Below, one piece after another: positions 48,457-59,396 of a stretch of DNA of 64,000 nt. The translations under genes and the position numbers were made by a program. Source of the stretch: Nitrosopumilus sp. (GTDB taxonomy: Archaea; Thermoproteota; Nitrososphaeria; Nitrososphaerales; Nitrosopumilaceae); assembly GCA_965218785.1 (NCBI GenBank), contig OZ244650.1, positions 96,001 through 160,000 on the forward strand. Reading direction: 5' to 3'. Every line of letters begins with the position of its first letter. Position 1 is the stretch's first letter. The notes under the pieces are model-generated. The model saw only the letters and a program-made list of their open reading frames with translations. It had not been told where the DNA came from and searched no databases.

Positions 48457-49719
48457 ATGCACTGGAGAGAAACACTTCCTGATTGGTACGTTAAAAAATA
48501 TGGATACCAACCATGTGTCAACATCGGGACTGCCGGTCACGTGGATCACGGAAAAACCACCCTCATCCAGGCATTAACTGGCTCGTGGACAAGCGTACAC
48601 AGCCAGGAATTAAAACGTGGAATCACCATACGCGTGGGATACTCTGATGCTGCGTTTTACAAATGTAAAAGCTGCGAGGAGCCATCCGGATATTCTACGA
48701 CTCCAAAGTGCAATAACTGTGGAAAAGAAAGCGAACTCTCGCGCGTTGTCAGTTTTGTAGACAGTCCCGGACACGAAAGTCTGATGGCAAACATGCTTTC
48801 AGGTTCTGCATTAATGGATGGCGCATTACTGCTAGTAGCTGCAAACGAAAAGGTTCCAAGACCGCAGACAAAGGAGCATCTTTTGGCGCTGCAAACACTT
48901 GGCATCCAGCAGATCGTGGTGGTTCAAAACAAAGTTGATCTGCTCTCCTACAAAGATACGATGGCCAATTATCAGGATATAACCAAGTTTGTAAAGGGAT
49001 CTTACGCCACAAAAGCACCCATAATTCCAATTTCAGCACAGTCTTCACTAAACATTGATGCGCTAATCGGCTCCATCGAGTCAACAATCCAAACTCCAAA
49101 GAGAAATGAAAAAAAAGACACCATCATGCATGTACTGCGGTCCTTTGATGTAAACAAGCCCGGTACAAAATTAAAAAATATCAGGGGGGGCGTAATTGGT
49201 GGAAGCCTGACTCAGGGCATATTCAACATCGGAGATGAAATTGAGATCAAACCAGGCATCATAAATGAGAAAAAAAAATTCTATGAACCCGTACTAACCC
49301 AAGTCACCTCGCTTGGAACTGCCGCTGGAATCGTCGAATCAGTAAAACCCGGCGGACTAGTTGCCATTGGAACAAAGCTGGATCCTGCAATGACTAGAAG
49401 TGATTCATTTATCGGCTCGGTGATTGGACGGCCCGGAACCCTTCCTGAAAATTCCACCCAGCTAAAACTGGAGACCACCCTGTTTGATTCGGCCGTGGGT
49501 GCAGCCGAGGATGTCAAGGTCCAGCCAATCCAGTCCGGGGAACTGCTCCGCCTGAACATTGGAACGGCACCCGTACTTGGCAAGGTCAACAAAATAAAAT
49601 CAAAGACCGTTGAAATTCAACTCAGAAGACCTGCATGCATCTTTGAGGGCGGAAACGTGGCAATCAGCAGAAAAATTACCGAAAGATGGAGACTAATTGG
49701 TGCGGGAATAGTTGGTTGA
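48457..49719 (+). CDS. eif2g: Translation initiation factor 2 gamma
   Basis: GHVDHGKTT, RGITI, DSPGH, NKVD and WRLIG. Confidence 0.97.
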   Translation: MHWRETLPDWYVKKYGYQPCVNIGTAGHVDHGKTTLIQALTGSWTSVHSQELKRGITIRVGYSDAAFYKCKSCEEPSGYSTTPKCNNCGKESELSRVVSFVDSPGHESLMANMLSGSALMDGALLLVAANEKVPRPQTKEHLLALQTLGIQQIVVVQNKVDLLSYKDTMANYQDITKFVKGSYATKAPIIPISAQSSLNIDALIGSIESTIQTPKRNEKKDTIMHVLRSFDVNKPGTKLKNIRGGVIGGSLTQGIFNIGDEIEIKPGIINEKKKFYEPVLTQVTSLGTAAGIVESVKPGGLVAIGTKLDPAMTRSDSFIGSVIGRPGTLPENSTQLKLETTLFDSAVGAAEDVKVQPIQSGELLRLNIGTAPVLGKVNKIKSKTVEIQLRRPACIFEGGNVAISRKITERWRLIGAGIVG

Positions 49720-50080
49720 TGTAATCTGTGACACGAATTTTTTGATTCATCTGGCAACTAAAAGAATCAAAAATATTGACAATCTGGATGTGGAGATCGG
49801 CCAAATCCGTTTTGTCGTACCTCAAGTTGTAAAAAACGAGCTCATCGAACTAGAAAAAATCCCGGAAAAGACCGACAAAGTCAGATCAACTCTTAACTAC
49901 ATAAAAAACTTTGAAATAATTCCCATTTCCGGCAGATTTGCCGACAGGGAACTGCTGAATTACATCTCTGGGAACCGCTCCATTGTTGCCACAATGGATA
50001 AGGAGCTCAAAAGGCAGATCAAGAGTGCCGGCAGTTCCATAATGTCCTTTTCAAATGACAGAATAGTCCTGGAATCTTAG
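49712..50080 (+). CDS. PIN-domain protein (Fcf1/Utp24-like, eif2g-linked)
   Basis: DTNFL, V..EL, AD and VATMDKELK. Confidence 0.85.
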   Translation: MVDVICDTNFLIHLATKRIKNIDNLDVEIGQIRFVVPQVVKNELIELEKIPEKTDKVRSTLNYIKNFEIIPISGRFADRELLNYISGNRSIVATMDKELKRQIKSAGSSIMSFSNDRIVLES

Positions 50081-50114
50081 AAAAATTTAACTTTGGGCGT
50101 TTCTAAATCATGAC

Positions 50115-50570
50115 ATGACCGGTCTTACCATGAAAAGCCAGGCATTTGAGAATGGCGGGGTAATCCCCAGAAAATACGGCTACAAAAACGGAAATCGTAG
50201 TCCTCCGTTAACCATCCACAACATTCCTGAAGACACATCGTCTCTTGCTGTTATAATGGATGATCCTGATGCCATGGGCGTTGCAGGCAAAGTCTGGGTG
50301 CACTGGGTTTTATGGAACGTCCCACCCGGTACTGCAGAACTCAAAGAGGATTCCGTTCCATCCGGCTGTCTTGAAGGCAAGACGGATTTTGGAGAGGTCA
50401 GTTACGGCGGACCTGCCCCGCCAGACAGGGAGCACACATACCACTTCAAACTATATGCGCTGGATCAGAAATTAGACATTGGTGCAGGCTCTACAAAAAA
50501 ACAGGTTGAGGCTGCCATGAACGGCCATATTCTTGCACAAGCCAGACTTGAGGGACGATATTCCCCATAG
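50115..50570 (+). CDS. YbhB/YbcL (PEBP) family protein
   Basis: DDPDA, WVHWV and YGGPAPP..H.Y.F.LYALD. Confidence 0.93.
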   Translation: MTGLTMKSQAFENGGVIPRKYGYKNGNRSPPLTIHNIPEDTSSLAVIMDDPDAMGVAGKVWVHWVLWNVPPGTAELKEDSVPSGCLEGKTDFGEVSYGGPAPPDREHTYHFKLYALDQKLDIGAGSTKKQVEAAMNGHILAQARLEGRYSP

Positions 50571-50631
50571 ATTCAAAAAATTATGATGTTTATACAAAGA
50601 GTAATAAACAAAGTTTTTTGAGAAAAAACAG

Positions 50632-52788
50632 TTGCTAAAAAATACCAGTCTAGTCTCCATAGGTAATTTTGAACTAAAATCAAACCATCTTTTAATAATT
50701 GGTATTCTTGCCTTGTCCTTTACCATCTCCGTGCTGCTTCGTTCACAGGCAGCTGACTTTGGTTCTGCATTAAACGAGTTTGATCCCTTTTTCAATTACA
50801 GGGCCACACAGTATATTGTAGATAACGGAGTTGTACAGTATTTTCAATGGGATGACGCCCTGAGCTGGCATCCGCTTGGCAGGGACGTCTCTTCTGGTTC
50901 CCAGGTAATACTACATCTGAGTGCTGCCACAACCTACTGGATATTTGGTGGCGGCATGGATCTTTATGATTTTACAATCATATTTCCCGTGGTTTTCGGC
51001 GCCCTGTCTGCGATTGTTATTTTTGCCCTAGTCAGAGTCATAGGCGGAACCACGGCCGGTCTGTTTGCTGCCATGTTGTTCTCCATCTCCCTGCCAATAC
51101 TGGTCCGCGGCCCGATTGGATGGTTCAAATCCGAACCCCTGGGATTGTTCTTTAGTCTTTTGACGGTGTACTTTTTGCTTAGCGGAATAAGCTCAAAAAA
51201 CAAAAAAATAGCATCTGCAAAACTGATCAGTGCCGGAATCCTTACGGTATTTTCCATCTCCGCCTGGGGCGGCAACCAGTTCTTTATCATTCCAATAGGA
51301 ATATTCTTCATTACACTGCCGTTTTTAAGAACCGATCATAAATTCATAGTATGGGCAGTCCCCCTGTACACTGCCGTTGTAGTTATAGCCTCCTTTGGAT
51401 TTGAGCGGGTAAGCTCCAACTTTCTTTTCGGCATGGGGGGAATATCCATACTGGTCTCCACCATGTTTGTAGTCTCTTGCATCTTTATTCAAAACAAAAG
51501 CCCGAAAAATAAAACACGAAACGGTCTGCTGTTCCTGGTTGTGCTCCTGGTTGCCGCCCCCACCGTGCTGATAATCGACTCTGATGCGGGATTTTTACCG
51601 CTGCCAAGTCACAGATATCTCAACGCGTTAAACCCGTTTCTGACTACCACTGATCCACTAGTCGACTCTGTATCAGAGCATGCAACAACAACACTTGCAC
51701 AGTCGTTTCTGTTTCATTCCGTTTTGATGATTTTTGCAGGAATAGGAGTCTGGCTGATCATTAAAAATATTCAAAATACAACAGGTTCCGGCTTTATCAA
51801 AAATGACATGCTGTCTTTTTCATTGATTGTGGGACTAGTCGGAGTTTACGTGGGCTCGACATTTGTCAGACTGGAGGTATTTGCATCAGTTGGCCTAATC
51901 ATCCTGGCATCTTTGGGTCTGACTTTCCTGACCAGGGAGTTTCTCAAAAACAACCACACGTTAAAAAAACCAAACAGCAAACTGGTAAAACTGCCCTACA
52001 TTGCAGGTATTATTGTTCTTTTGACGCTTCCGATGGTTTATCCCGCAGATGCAAATCTGTTTACCTTCTCCAAGGCCCCGCCAACCATTCTTAATGGCGG
52101 AACCACATTCCCCATCGCCACCACTGACTGGCTGGACACGCTGGAATGGATAAAAAACAACACTCCCCAGGATGCGGTAATTGTGTCCTGGTGGGATTAC
52201 GGCTATTGGATCTCTACAATGGCCGAGAGGGCCACAATAGCTGATAATTCCACAATATCCACCACTATAATTAAAAACATAGCCCAGATATTTCTCAGCA
52301 ATACCGATGATGCCTGGCACTCCCTTAACGAGATACAGGCAGATTACGTCGTGGTGTTCGTTGCAGGCCAAAAACTCGATATTGCCTCGGAGGAATCGCT
52401 TTACATTCTAGGAGGCGGGGGGGACGAATCAAAAAAACAGTGGTTTATGAGGATAGCAGAATCTGATCTGTCCCGACATTTGTACCCTGATGGCTTTAGT
52501 GCCACTGATTATTTCTGGAATGAGACACTACTTGGCGAGATGTTCCCCTTTTCCGTACTGGGATATCTCAACCCAGATGACTTTACAGAACAGTATGCAT
52601 CGTATGTGGATGGAACGATCGGAGTATACAGCAAGGACATCAAATTCCCGGCAGACGGCAACGGACCGCTGAGACTGGTGTATACATCTCCTGGTTATGT
52701 TGCAGAAAACATCGGACCGATGATCGGGGTTTTTGTCTATGAAATAAACAAGGACTATGTCTCTACTTCTCCACTACCTGATACCTAG
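50632..52788 (+). CDS. aglB: Oligosaccharyltransferase (STT3 family)
   Basis: EFDPFF, SVSEH and WWDYGY; multi-TM N-terminus. Confidence 0.93.
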   Translation: MLKNTSLVSIGNFELKSNHLLIIGILALSFTISVLLRSQAADFGSALNEFDPFFNYRATQYIVDNGVVQYFQWDDALSWHPLGRDVSSGSQVILHLSAATTYWIFGGGMDLYDFTIIFPVVFGALSAIVIFALVRVIGGTTAGLFAAMLFSISLPILVRGPIGWFKSEPLGLFFSLLTVYFLLSGISSKNKKIASAKLISAGILTVFSISAWGGNQFFIIPIGIFFITLPFLRTDHKFIVWAVPLYTAVVVIASFGFERVSSNFLFGMGGISILVSTMFVVSCIFIQNKSPKNKTRNGLLFLVVLLVAAPTVLIIDSDAGFLPLPSHRYLNALNPFLTTTDPLVDSVSEHATTTLAQSFLFHSVLMIFAGIGVWLIIKNIQNTTGSGFIKNDMLSFSLIVGLVGVYVGSTFVRLEVFASVGLIILASLGLTFLTREFLKNNHTLKKPNSKLVKLPYIAGIIVLLTLPMVYPADANLFTFSKAPPTILNGGTTFPIATTDWLDTLEWIKNNTPQDAVIVSWWDYGYWISTMAERATIADNSTISTTIIKNIAQIFLSNTDDAWHSLNEIQADYVVVFVAGQKLDIASEESLYILGGGGDESKKQWFMRIAESDLSRHLYPDGFSATDYFWNETLLGEMFPFSVLGYLNPDDFTEQYASYVDGTIGVYSKDIKFPADGNGPLRLVYTSPGYVAENIGPMIGVFVYEINKDYVSTSPLPDT

Positions 52789-52940
52789 GAATATCTTTCA
52801 GGCAGCCTGTATCTCATGTACTTGTCATCAGGCGAAAATTTTGCCGGATGCGCCGACCTTGTATCCTCCTTACATTTGGGACAGTTTATTTTTAACGTGT
52901 AGTGATTGCACTCTGTGCATCTTCTCAACTGAAATCTCAT
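52785..52940 (-). CDS. nop10: H/ACA RNP protein Nop10 (not in the ORF track)
   Basis: MRFQLRRCTECNHYTLKINCPKC...SAHPAKFSPDDKYMRYR; immediately follows eif2a. Confidence 0.92.
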   Translation of the reverse strand: MRFQLRRCTECNHYTLKINCPKCKEDTRSAHPAKFSPDDKYMRYRLPERYS

Positions 52941-53738
52941 CTAATTATCCCTGGTCTTTTTTGACTCTTCCCTGGTAAACTTGAATCTGCCTTTTTTCTT
53001 TTCTATGTTGCCCTGAATTTCGGCAATTACCGGTTTTAGCGCCCTTTCGGCGGATTTGAAATTATCTGAAATTATTGACAGCCTGTACTTTGGCGCCCCC
53101 AGATATGTTATATCCGCAGTGGAATCTTTTTTCAACGCATCTAACAGCGTCTTTTTAATGATCTCCACGCCGTCTGTCTTGCTGCTGCTAATCTCCATAA
53201 TCCCCCTGATCTCCACTGATGGAAGTTTTATCTTGGCACAAATCTCCTCGATTGAAGCTGCGGTCTTTTTTGCAATTTTAAGCTCCTTTACGGACTCGAT
53301 TCCGTTTCTTCCAATCTCTATGAACGCATCATATACCGAATCAAACTTTGAATAAATACTATCCTCCAACTTTTCAACTTCGGCATCTGATAACTTTGCC
53401 TTTTCCTTTACATTTTGTAACAGCGTCTTGCCTTTTTCATATTTTTTGACCTCCTTGAGTTTCTGCTTTTTCTGATCCTTTGAGATCTGCTTTAATGACA
53501 AATCAATGTCACCACGCTGGGAATTTACCTTTTTGACAAGCAGCACCTTTTTCTCCCCGCCCTTGACGAACCTGTTTATTGATCTAATCCATCCCGGAGC
53601 AATCTCTGATATATGTAAAAACCCCTGAATACTGTCATACTCGTCTAGTGTTACATATGCCCCGTGATCCATCACCTTTGTAACTGTGGCCAGGACAATC
53701 TCCCCCTGCTCTGGCATCTCTTGAATTTCAGTAGACAT
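52941..53738 (-). CDS. eif2a: Translation initiation factor 2 alpha
   Basis: S1 domain (GAYVTLDEY, HISEIA, IDLSLK) and YLGAPKY. Confidence 0.96.
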   Translation of the reverse strand: MSTEIQEMPEQGEIVLATVTKVMDHGAYVTLDEYDSIQGFLHISEIAPGWIRSINRFVKGGEKKVLLVKKVNSQRGDIDLSLKQISKDQKKQKLKEVKKYEKGKTLLQNVKEKAKLSDAEVEKLEDSIYSKFDSVYDAFIEIGRNGIESVKELKIAKKTAASIEEICAKIKLPSVEIRGIMEISSSKTDGVEIIKKTLLDALKKDSTADITYLGAPKYRLSIISDNFKSAERALKPVIAEIQGNIEKKKGRFKFTREESKKTRDN

Positions 53739-53778
53739 TACGCAAAAACTCCCCGATGTGTAAATTAATGTTTGCTGG

Positions 53779-54312
53779 CTAGAAATCTATTCCTTTTTTG
53801 GCCTTGATCCCCTTTTGGAACGGATGTTTTATCTCCCTCATCTCCGTAACTAGATCTGCTGCCTCTATGACCTCGTCTCTGGCATAGTTTCCAGTCAGGA
53901 CCAGATCCACCCCCTGCGGTTTTGATCTTATTAGTTCCAAGACATCCCCGACTGGGATTAATTCAAGATTTACGGCATAGTTGATCTCATCTAAAATGAC
54001 AATATCATACATGCCTGACTGTATCTTCTCACTGCTTACCCTTACTGCCTCCCTGGCAATCTTTTTGTGATCCTCCTTTGGGCTCTTATCATCTATAATT
54101 CCGACAAATCCCTTGCCTACGGCTATTATTTCAAATTCAGGCTCTAGTCTTTTAGACGAGTCCATCTCACCATAGTGCCACGAACCCTTGATGAACTGAA
54201 TCATGCATGTTTTCTTTTTATAACCTGTGGCCCTCAATGCAATACCTAGTGCCGCCGTTGTTTTGCCCTTTCCCTTGCCCGTATATACGATGGTCAGCCC
54301 GTCTTTGTCCAT
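53779..54312 (-). CDS. cobO: Cob(I)yrinic acid a,c-diamide adenosyltransferase
   Basis: YTGKGKGKTTAALG, QFIKG, LDEI and EIKHPF. Confidence 0.95.
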   Translation of the reverse strand: MDKDGLTIVYTGKGKGKTTAALGIALRATGYKKKTCMIQFIKGSWHYGEMDSSKRLEPEFEIIAVGKGFVGIIDDKSPKEDHKKIAREAVRVSSEKIQSGMYDIVILDEINYAVNLELIPVGDVLELIRSKPQGVDLVLTGNYARDEVIEAADLVTEMREIKHPFQKGIKAKKGIDF

Positions 54313-54394
54313 GGCTCATATCCGGGTGATCATACTAAAAACATAGCATTCTTCAAAAATAAACCAATTTAAAGAAAATTATTCCAGTCACTGC

Positions 54395-55756
54395 GTGAAG
54401 ATACCCAGAGTCGTCATAGCAGGAGCTACTAGCGGGGTTGGAAAAACATCCATAACCTGCTCCGTTATTTACTGCCTGCAAAAACGGGGCTACTGCGTCC
54501 AGCCCTTCAAGGTGGGACCGGACTATATTGATCCCAGTTATCTATCCGGCATCTCAAAACGTGCCACTGCATACAATCTTGATGTCTGGCTGATGGGAAA
54601 AAACCGGTTGTTACACAGTTTTGTCTCAAACTCAAAATCCGATGTCTCTGTAATCGAGGGTGTCATGGGGTACTATGACGGGTTTGCAGGTGATTCAAAT
54701 TTTGCAAGCACCCACCACGTGGCCTCCATCACAAAATCCCCCGTTCTCCTGGTTTTAGATGCAGGCAAAACTGCCCGCTCTATTGCCGCAACTGCCCTGG
54801 GCTTTCAAAAATTTCATAGAAATTCCCGAATCTCTGGAATCATCCTCAATAAACTGGGAAGTAAAAAGCACGAGACACTCTGCAGGGACGCATTACGCAA
54901 AATCAAGATTCCAGTAGTGGGGGCAATCCCAAAAAACCCGCTGTTACACATGAGCTCACGGCATCTGGGATTACTGGCAACACTGGAAGGCAACACCCTG
55001 AAAAAACAGATTGAAAAAACATCAAAAATAATCTCAAAATTCTTGGATGTTGATCAAATTATCAGAATCATGAAAAGCTCAACAACTCTTCCAAAAGTAT
55101 CTGTACCAACTCATAAAAAACCAAAAACCACGATTGCAGTCGCCCTTGACACGTCATTTAATTTCTATTATCAGGACAATCTAAAGGCATTGCAACGCGA
55201 GGGCGCCGTTCTAAAGTTCTTTAGCCCAGTTAAAGACAAAAAAATTCCAAAATGCGACGGGTTGTACATCGGCGGCGGCTTTCCAGAAGTACTTGCAGGC
55301 CAGCTTGAAAAAAACCAGAATATGAAGAAGATCATAAAAAGACTTGCCGAAGACGACATGCCAATCTATGCAGAGTGTGGCGGACTGATGTATCTGACAA
55401 AATCAATTTCTTATAAGAACAAGACACACAAAATGATCGGCTTTTTTGATGCCCAAACCAAGATGACAGACAAGATGCGACTCAATTATACCAAAGGCCA
55501 GATGATCACAGAACAAAACGTACTCTCTGAGAAACCGCACAATTTTCAAGGCCATGAATTTCATTACTCCGAGTTGGATTCTGTCTCTTCTGATTCCAAA
55601 TTTGCCTACAAACTGGAGGTTGGCCATGGAATCCACAGACACCAAGACGGAATGATACAGCACGGCACGCTTGCATCATATGGCCATCTCTATTTTGATA
55701 GTTCCAGTTATGCACAGATTTTTGTGAAAAATTCCATAAATTATTCAAGGAGTTGA
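54395..55756 (+). CDS. cbiA: Cobyrinate a,c-diamide synthase
   Basis: SGVGKT, FKVGPDYID, EGVMG, SRHLGL, AECGG and GHEFH. Confidence 0.95.
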   Translation: MKIPRVVIAGATSGVGKTSITCSVIYCLQKRGYCVQPFKVGPDYIDPSYLSGISKRATAYNLDVWLMGKNRLLHSFVSNSKSDVSVIEGVMGYYDGFAGDSNFASTHHVASITKSPVLLVLDAGKTARSIAATALGFQKFHRNSRISGIILNKLGSKKHETLCRDALRKIKIPVVGAIPKNPLLHMSSRHLGLLATLEGNTLKKQIEKTSKIISKFLDVDQIIRIMKSSTTLPKVSVPTHKKPKTTIAVALDTSFNFYYQDNLKALQREGAVLKFFSPVKDKKIPKCDGLYIGGGFPEVLAGQLEKNQNMKKIIKRLAEDDMPIYAECGGLMYLTKSISYKNKTHKMIGFFDAQTKMTDKMRLNYTKGQMITEQNVLSEKPHNFQGHEFHYSELDSVSSDSKFAYKLEVGHGIHRHQDGMIQHGTLASYGHLYFDSSSYAQIFVKNSINYSRS

Positions 55757-56385
55757 TCTGCCCGGACCAGCTTGAAGATCGCGTTAATTATGGCAGAAGC
55801 CGACGAACTGCCGCCCTTTCTGCCTATATTGGTGATAAATGGCGTGTCCTCCAGCCTGGATAACTCTTCTTTTGATTCTGATGCGCAGATAAATCCCACC
55901 GGAATTCCAATAATCAACGCAGGCTTTGCCACCCCCTCCCTTACCATCTGAATCACTTCTAGCAGGGCAGTCGGGGCGTTTCCTATGGCCACTACTCCGC
56001 CGTTAATCTCAGAGGCAGCGGCCCTCATGGCCACCTGGGAGCGGGTCTTTCCGGCCTTTTTTGCCAGCTCCATGATCTCCGGACTAGAAATATTACAGAT
56101 TATGTTGTTTCCAAAATCCAGTGGATTTTGTTTGTTTAGTCCCCCAATCACCCCGTTTACATCAACTACTATGCTGCAGCCGCCTTTCAATGCCGTCATC
56201 CCGCTCCTGACTGCATCCCTGTGAAAGAGCACCCTGTTTTTATCTGCAAAATCAAAATCCGCAGTGGAGTGGATGACTCTTTTGACAATCGGCCACTGCA
56301 TCTGGTCATACTGATGTGCTCCAACCTCGTCTTCAATGACCTGCATACTTGCATCCTCGATTGACTGGCCTTTTTTAGTCTGCAT
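55741..56385 (-). CDS. cbiC: Precorrin-8X methylmutase
   Basis: RVIHSTAD, IGNAPTAL, PVGF and GRKGGS. Confidence 0.95.
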   Translation of the reverse strand: MQTKKGQSIEDASMQVIEDEVGAHQYDQMQWPIVKRVIHSTADFDFADKNRVLFHRDAVRSGMTALKGGCSIVVDVNGVIGGLNKQNPLDFGNNIICNISSPEIMELAKKAGKTRSQVAMRAAASEINGGVVAIGNAPTALLEVIQMVREGVAKPALIIGIPVGFICASESKEELSRLEDTPFITNIGRKGGSSSASAIINAIFKLVRADQLLE

Positions 56386-57130
56386 TTTTTTCGACCTCCG
56401 CTGCCCTCTCCATTATCAAATTAATTATCTTTTCATCTGTTCCTATGTGTTTTGTAACGTACGTATTTTTCAGACTGGACTTTTCCAGCGCCGGAATCAA
56501 ATCGTTGTTGATGTCGGTTTTTACATGCGCACCCTCGTGAAGAAAATAAAATACGATTATCAGAATCTCAGGATTGTCTTTTTCACATTTTTTGACTCCT
56601 GCAAAAATATCTGGCTGCTCCATCTCCAGCCAGCATCTGCTGACATTTCTGTATGTGTCTTGCAGCTGATCTACAATGTAATTTAATGATCTCTGTGCGT
56701 TGGGATCGACGCTTCCATGTCCGATGATCATCACATCCACATCCTTTTTTGCATGACTTTTTTTATTTTCACTTAATGTTGCAGAAATCCTGTTCTCAAC
56801 AATATCAACTAGTGTCTTATGCATGCTCATCGGCTTTGTTATGACAAACTTTACCTTGGTGTCTTTTTGCATCTTCATGACGTCAGTAACTGCGTTTTTT
56901 ACCTTCTTGCCAGGATACAGAAAATACGGAACTATGGTCAGCGAATCAATCTTCTCTCTGAGACACCTGGCTATCCCGTCATCAATGTATGGCGGCTCGA
57001 CTTCCAGAAAACAATAGTCTGTAAATACGTAATTCCCCCGGGCCTTGACTCCCTGGCAAATAACCTCTAGTTCTTCGGATGCCTCTCTCTGCCTGCTTCC
57101 CCTGTCAATTAGTAGTAATCCGCGCCTCAA
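56375..57130 (-). CDS. cbiX: Sirohydrochlorin cobaltochelatase (two-domain CbiX)
   Basis: Duplicated CbiX domain: FLE..PP, VPYFL.PG, GHGS and YFLHEGAHV..DI. Confidence 0.88.
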   Translation of the reverse strand: MRRGLLLIDRGSRQREASEELEVICQGVKARGNYVFTDYCFLEVEPPYIDDGIARCLREKIDSLTIVPYFLYPGKKVKNAVTDVMKMQKDTKVKFVITKPMSMHKTLVDIVENRISATLSENKKSHAKKDVDVMIIGHGSVDPNAQRSLNYIVDQLQDTYRNVSRCWLEMEQPDIFAGVKKCEKDNPEILIIVFYFLHEGAHVKTDINNDLIPALEKSSLKNTYVTKHIGTDEKIINLIMERAAEVEKNAD

Positions 57131-58197
57131 TCTACAATCCTCGCAATAGATATGGTCAGATCAGGCGGGAATTTCTGTTTTTCTACAATTAGCTCCCCCC
57201 CGGATACCTTGAGTGCCGCAGCTTCTGAGACGCTTGCAGTTCCCTCAAATGCCCTGACAGTTTCTGAGGGATTCGGGGCTGCAATCTCTGCTAGCTCTTC
57301 CCTGTTTACATATTCCACGGGAACACCCATCTCTTTTCCAATATCTATCAATCCTTGGATGTCCTGCGGTTTTTTTATTGATACAAGTCTGGCAACGGAT
57401 TTTGAACTGAGTTTGAATCTTTGCAGGCACGTCCTGATGCCCTGCCTGATTGTCTCCTTTGATGTATCCTGGTGTAATCCGATGCCGATTACCAGACTCG
57501 GGGGACGATACACCACTGATTCCTTCTCCGGGTATTTGTCAATCTGTCTGTCAGAAATTATAAGACATGCCTTGGAATCTGAATTTCTCAGATCCTCCAA
57601 ATTGCTGTAGATTGACACGTTCTTTGGCAGCTTTTTGTACCAGTTCCTCGCACCGGCCTCTTGCAGCACTCCGATGGGCTCTTCATTTACCATGTGTGCG
57701 CTGATCCTAGTTACTGTAGAGTCATCATCAATCTTCCAGCCAAGATCCCTGCCCACCAAATCCACTGCTATGGTGTTGTTAACATCAGCTGCAGTTGTGA
57801 TGACAGGCAACGCGTCCAATCCTTTAGCAATCTCCCGGGTCATCTCGTTGGCCCCGCCGATGTGGCCTGATAACACACTGATTACAAAATTTGCCTGATC
57901 ATCAATTACAATTACGGCCGGATCTGTTTTTTTATCCTTTAGGTGCGGTGCAACCAGCCTGATTACCGCCCCCAAAGAAAAGATGCACACCACCGCATCG
58001 TTATTTTTAAAAAGCTCGACAATTTTTTCTGACGTGGGTTCTGAATATAAGGTCATCATCTTATCATTACTGTTATTCTCATCTGAGAATTTTGAAGGTG
58101 CAAAGACATCCCAATCAGGAAACACCCCCTTTAATTTTTGCCCGATTCTTATCCCGTTTTTTGTAATGGCAAGTACTGCAGTCTTTCCCATAATCAA
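57127..58197 (-). CDS. cbiG: Cobalt-precorrin-5A hydrolase
   Basis: DKKTDPAV, LSGHIGGAN, PVITTA and SVSEAAAL. Confidence 0.93.
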   Translation of the reverse strand: MIMGKTAVLAITKNGIRIGQKLKGVFPDWDVFAPSKFSDENNSNDKMMTLYSEPTSEKIVELFKNNDAVVCIFSLGAVIRLVAPHLKDKKTDPAVIVIDDQANFVISVLSGHIGGANEMTREIAKGLDALPVITTAADVNNTIAVDLVGRDLGWKIDDDSTVTRISAHMVNEEPIGVLQEAGARNWYKKLPKNVSIYSNLEDLRNSDSKACLIISDRQIDKYPEKESVVYRPPSLVIGIGLHQDTSKETIRQGIRTCLQRFKLSSKSVARLVSIKKPQDIQGLIDIGKEMGVPVEYVNREELAEIAAPNPSETVRAFEGTASVSEAAALKVSGGELIVEKQKFPPDLTISIARIVD

Positions 58198-58210
58198 AAC
58201 CTTTTAAATT

Positions 58211-59311
58211 TCATAAAATACCTTGCTCCCCTGATCTTCTGGCCAGAATTCTTCCATCAAAGTCAAACAGTATGACATCAATTGGAACTGCCTGCCCAGA
58301 GTGCCCCCTCATGTGCCTGTATGTCTCTGCAACGATCAAATCAAAAAATCCATTGATGCTGCCTTTCTGGATTATCTCACTGACATGTCTTGCCGTGTTT
58401 GCCTTTTTGATGTCTTTGATTACCGCCTCTGCCGCACCCGCTTTTTTTGCCAGCTCTGCAAGAAAGCCCATGTCCACCTTTGATCCTTTAACGTGGGTCT
58501 GCTTTACACCTGCTGCCATCTTTGCCAGTTTTCCGATAAAGCCGACAACGTATGCCTTTTTGATATTTTTTTTACCGCATTGCTGAATCGTATATCCTGA
58601 AAAATCCCCCATCTGCACAAAGCAGTGTTCTGGCAAGTCGACTATCTTTTTTGCAAAATCCTCACTTCTTCCACCCGTGGTTAGTACCACTGTGTCATCG
58701 CCCATGGCCATCGACACATCCAGATTCTGTCTTATTGATGCGGCATACGATGCCGTTGAAAACGGAAATACAATTCCGCTAGTTCCTAAAATTGAAATTC
58801 CATCTTTAATTCCTATTCGTGGATTGTCCGTCTTTGGTCCCAGTTCCCTTCCCTTGGGAACTGAAATCACAATTCTGATTCCTTTTTTTCCAAGAACCTC
58901 CCCGCCGATCTCCCTCAAATTCTCGATGATCATTTTTTTGGGAACGGGATTTATTGCAGGCTCGTTGATCTCCAGTCCCAAACCCGGCTTGGTCACTATT
59001 CCGACTCCCTCTCCACCGTCAATTCTGATCTCGTTGATCTTTTTAGTAAATGATACCTCAACTATGATTTCTGCCCCGTGGGTGACATCCGGATCGTCCC
59101 CCCCGTCCTTAATTACCGAACACGTCGCATTTGCAGAATCAAAATGACAAGAGTGCACCGGAATTTTCACAAAACTCCCCTTTGGCAGCCGGATGGATAT
59201 CTCTTGGATTTTCTCCTGATTAATTATTGCCTGCAACCCCGCCTTGGCAGCTGCCGTCGCCGAACTTCCCGTAGTGTAGCCTGTTTTCATTCCCGCCTTT
59301 TTTTCTTCCAC
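58211..59311 (-). CDS. cbiD: Cobalt-precorrin-5B C1-methyltransferase
   Basis: GYTTGS.A.AA, KDGGDDPDVTHG, AINPVP and GISILGTSG. Confidence 0.95.
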   Translation of the reverse strand: MEEKKAGMKTGYTTGSSATAAAKAGLQAIINQEKIQEISIRLPKGSFVKIPVHSCHFDSANATCSVIKDGGDDPDVTHGAEIIVEVSFTKKINEIRIDGGEGVGIVTKPGLGLEINEPAINPVPKKMIIENLREIGGEVLGKKGIRIVISVPKGRELGPKTDNPRIGIKDGISILGTSGIVFPFSTASYAASIRQNLDVSMAMGDDTVVLTTGGRSEDFAKKIVDLPEHCFVQMGDFSGYTIQQCGKKNIKKAYVVGFIGKLAKMAAGVKQTHVKGSKVDMGFLAELAKKAGAAEAVIKDIKKANTARHVSEIIQKGSINGFFDLIVAETYRHMRGHSGQAVPIDVILFDFDGRILARRSGEQGIL

Positions 59312-59396
59312 GTCTATAGTCCTTTTTTTACCGTATTAACTTATTTGCATGTCTGGAACTCAATAGATTTAAAATTAAAAACAACCTGGGATTCTC

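Noticed and set aside
53779-59311. Cobalamin gene cluster as a novelty
   Set aside because: Cobalamin synthesis is well established in Thaumarchaeota
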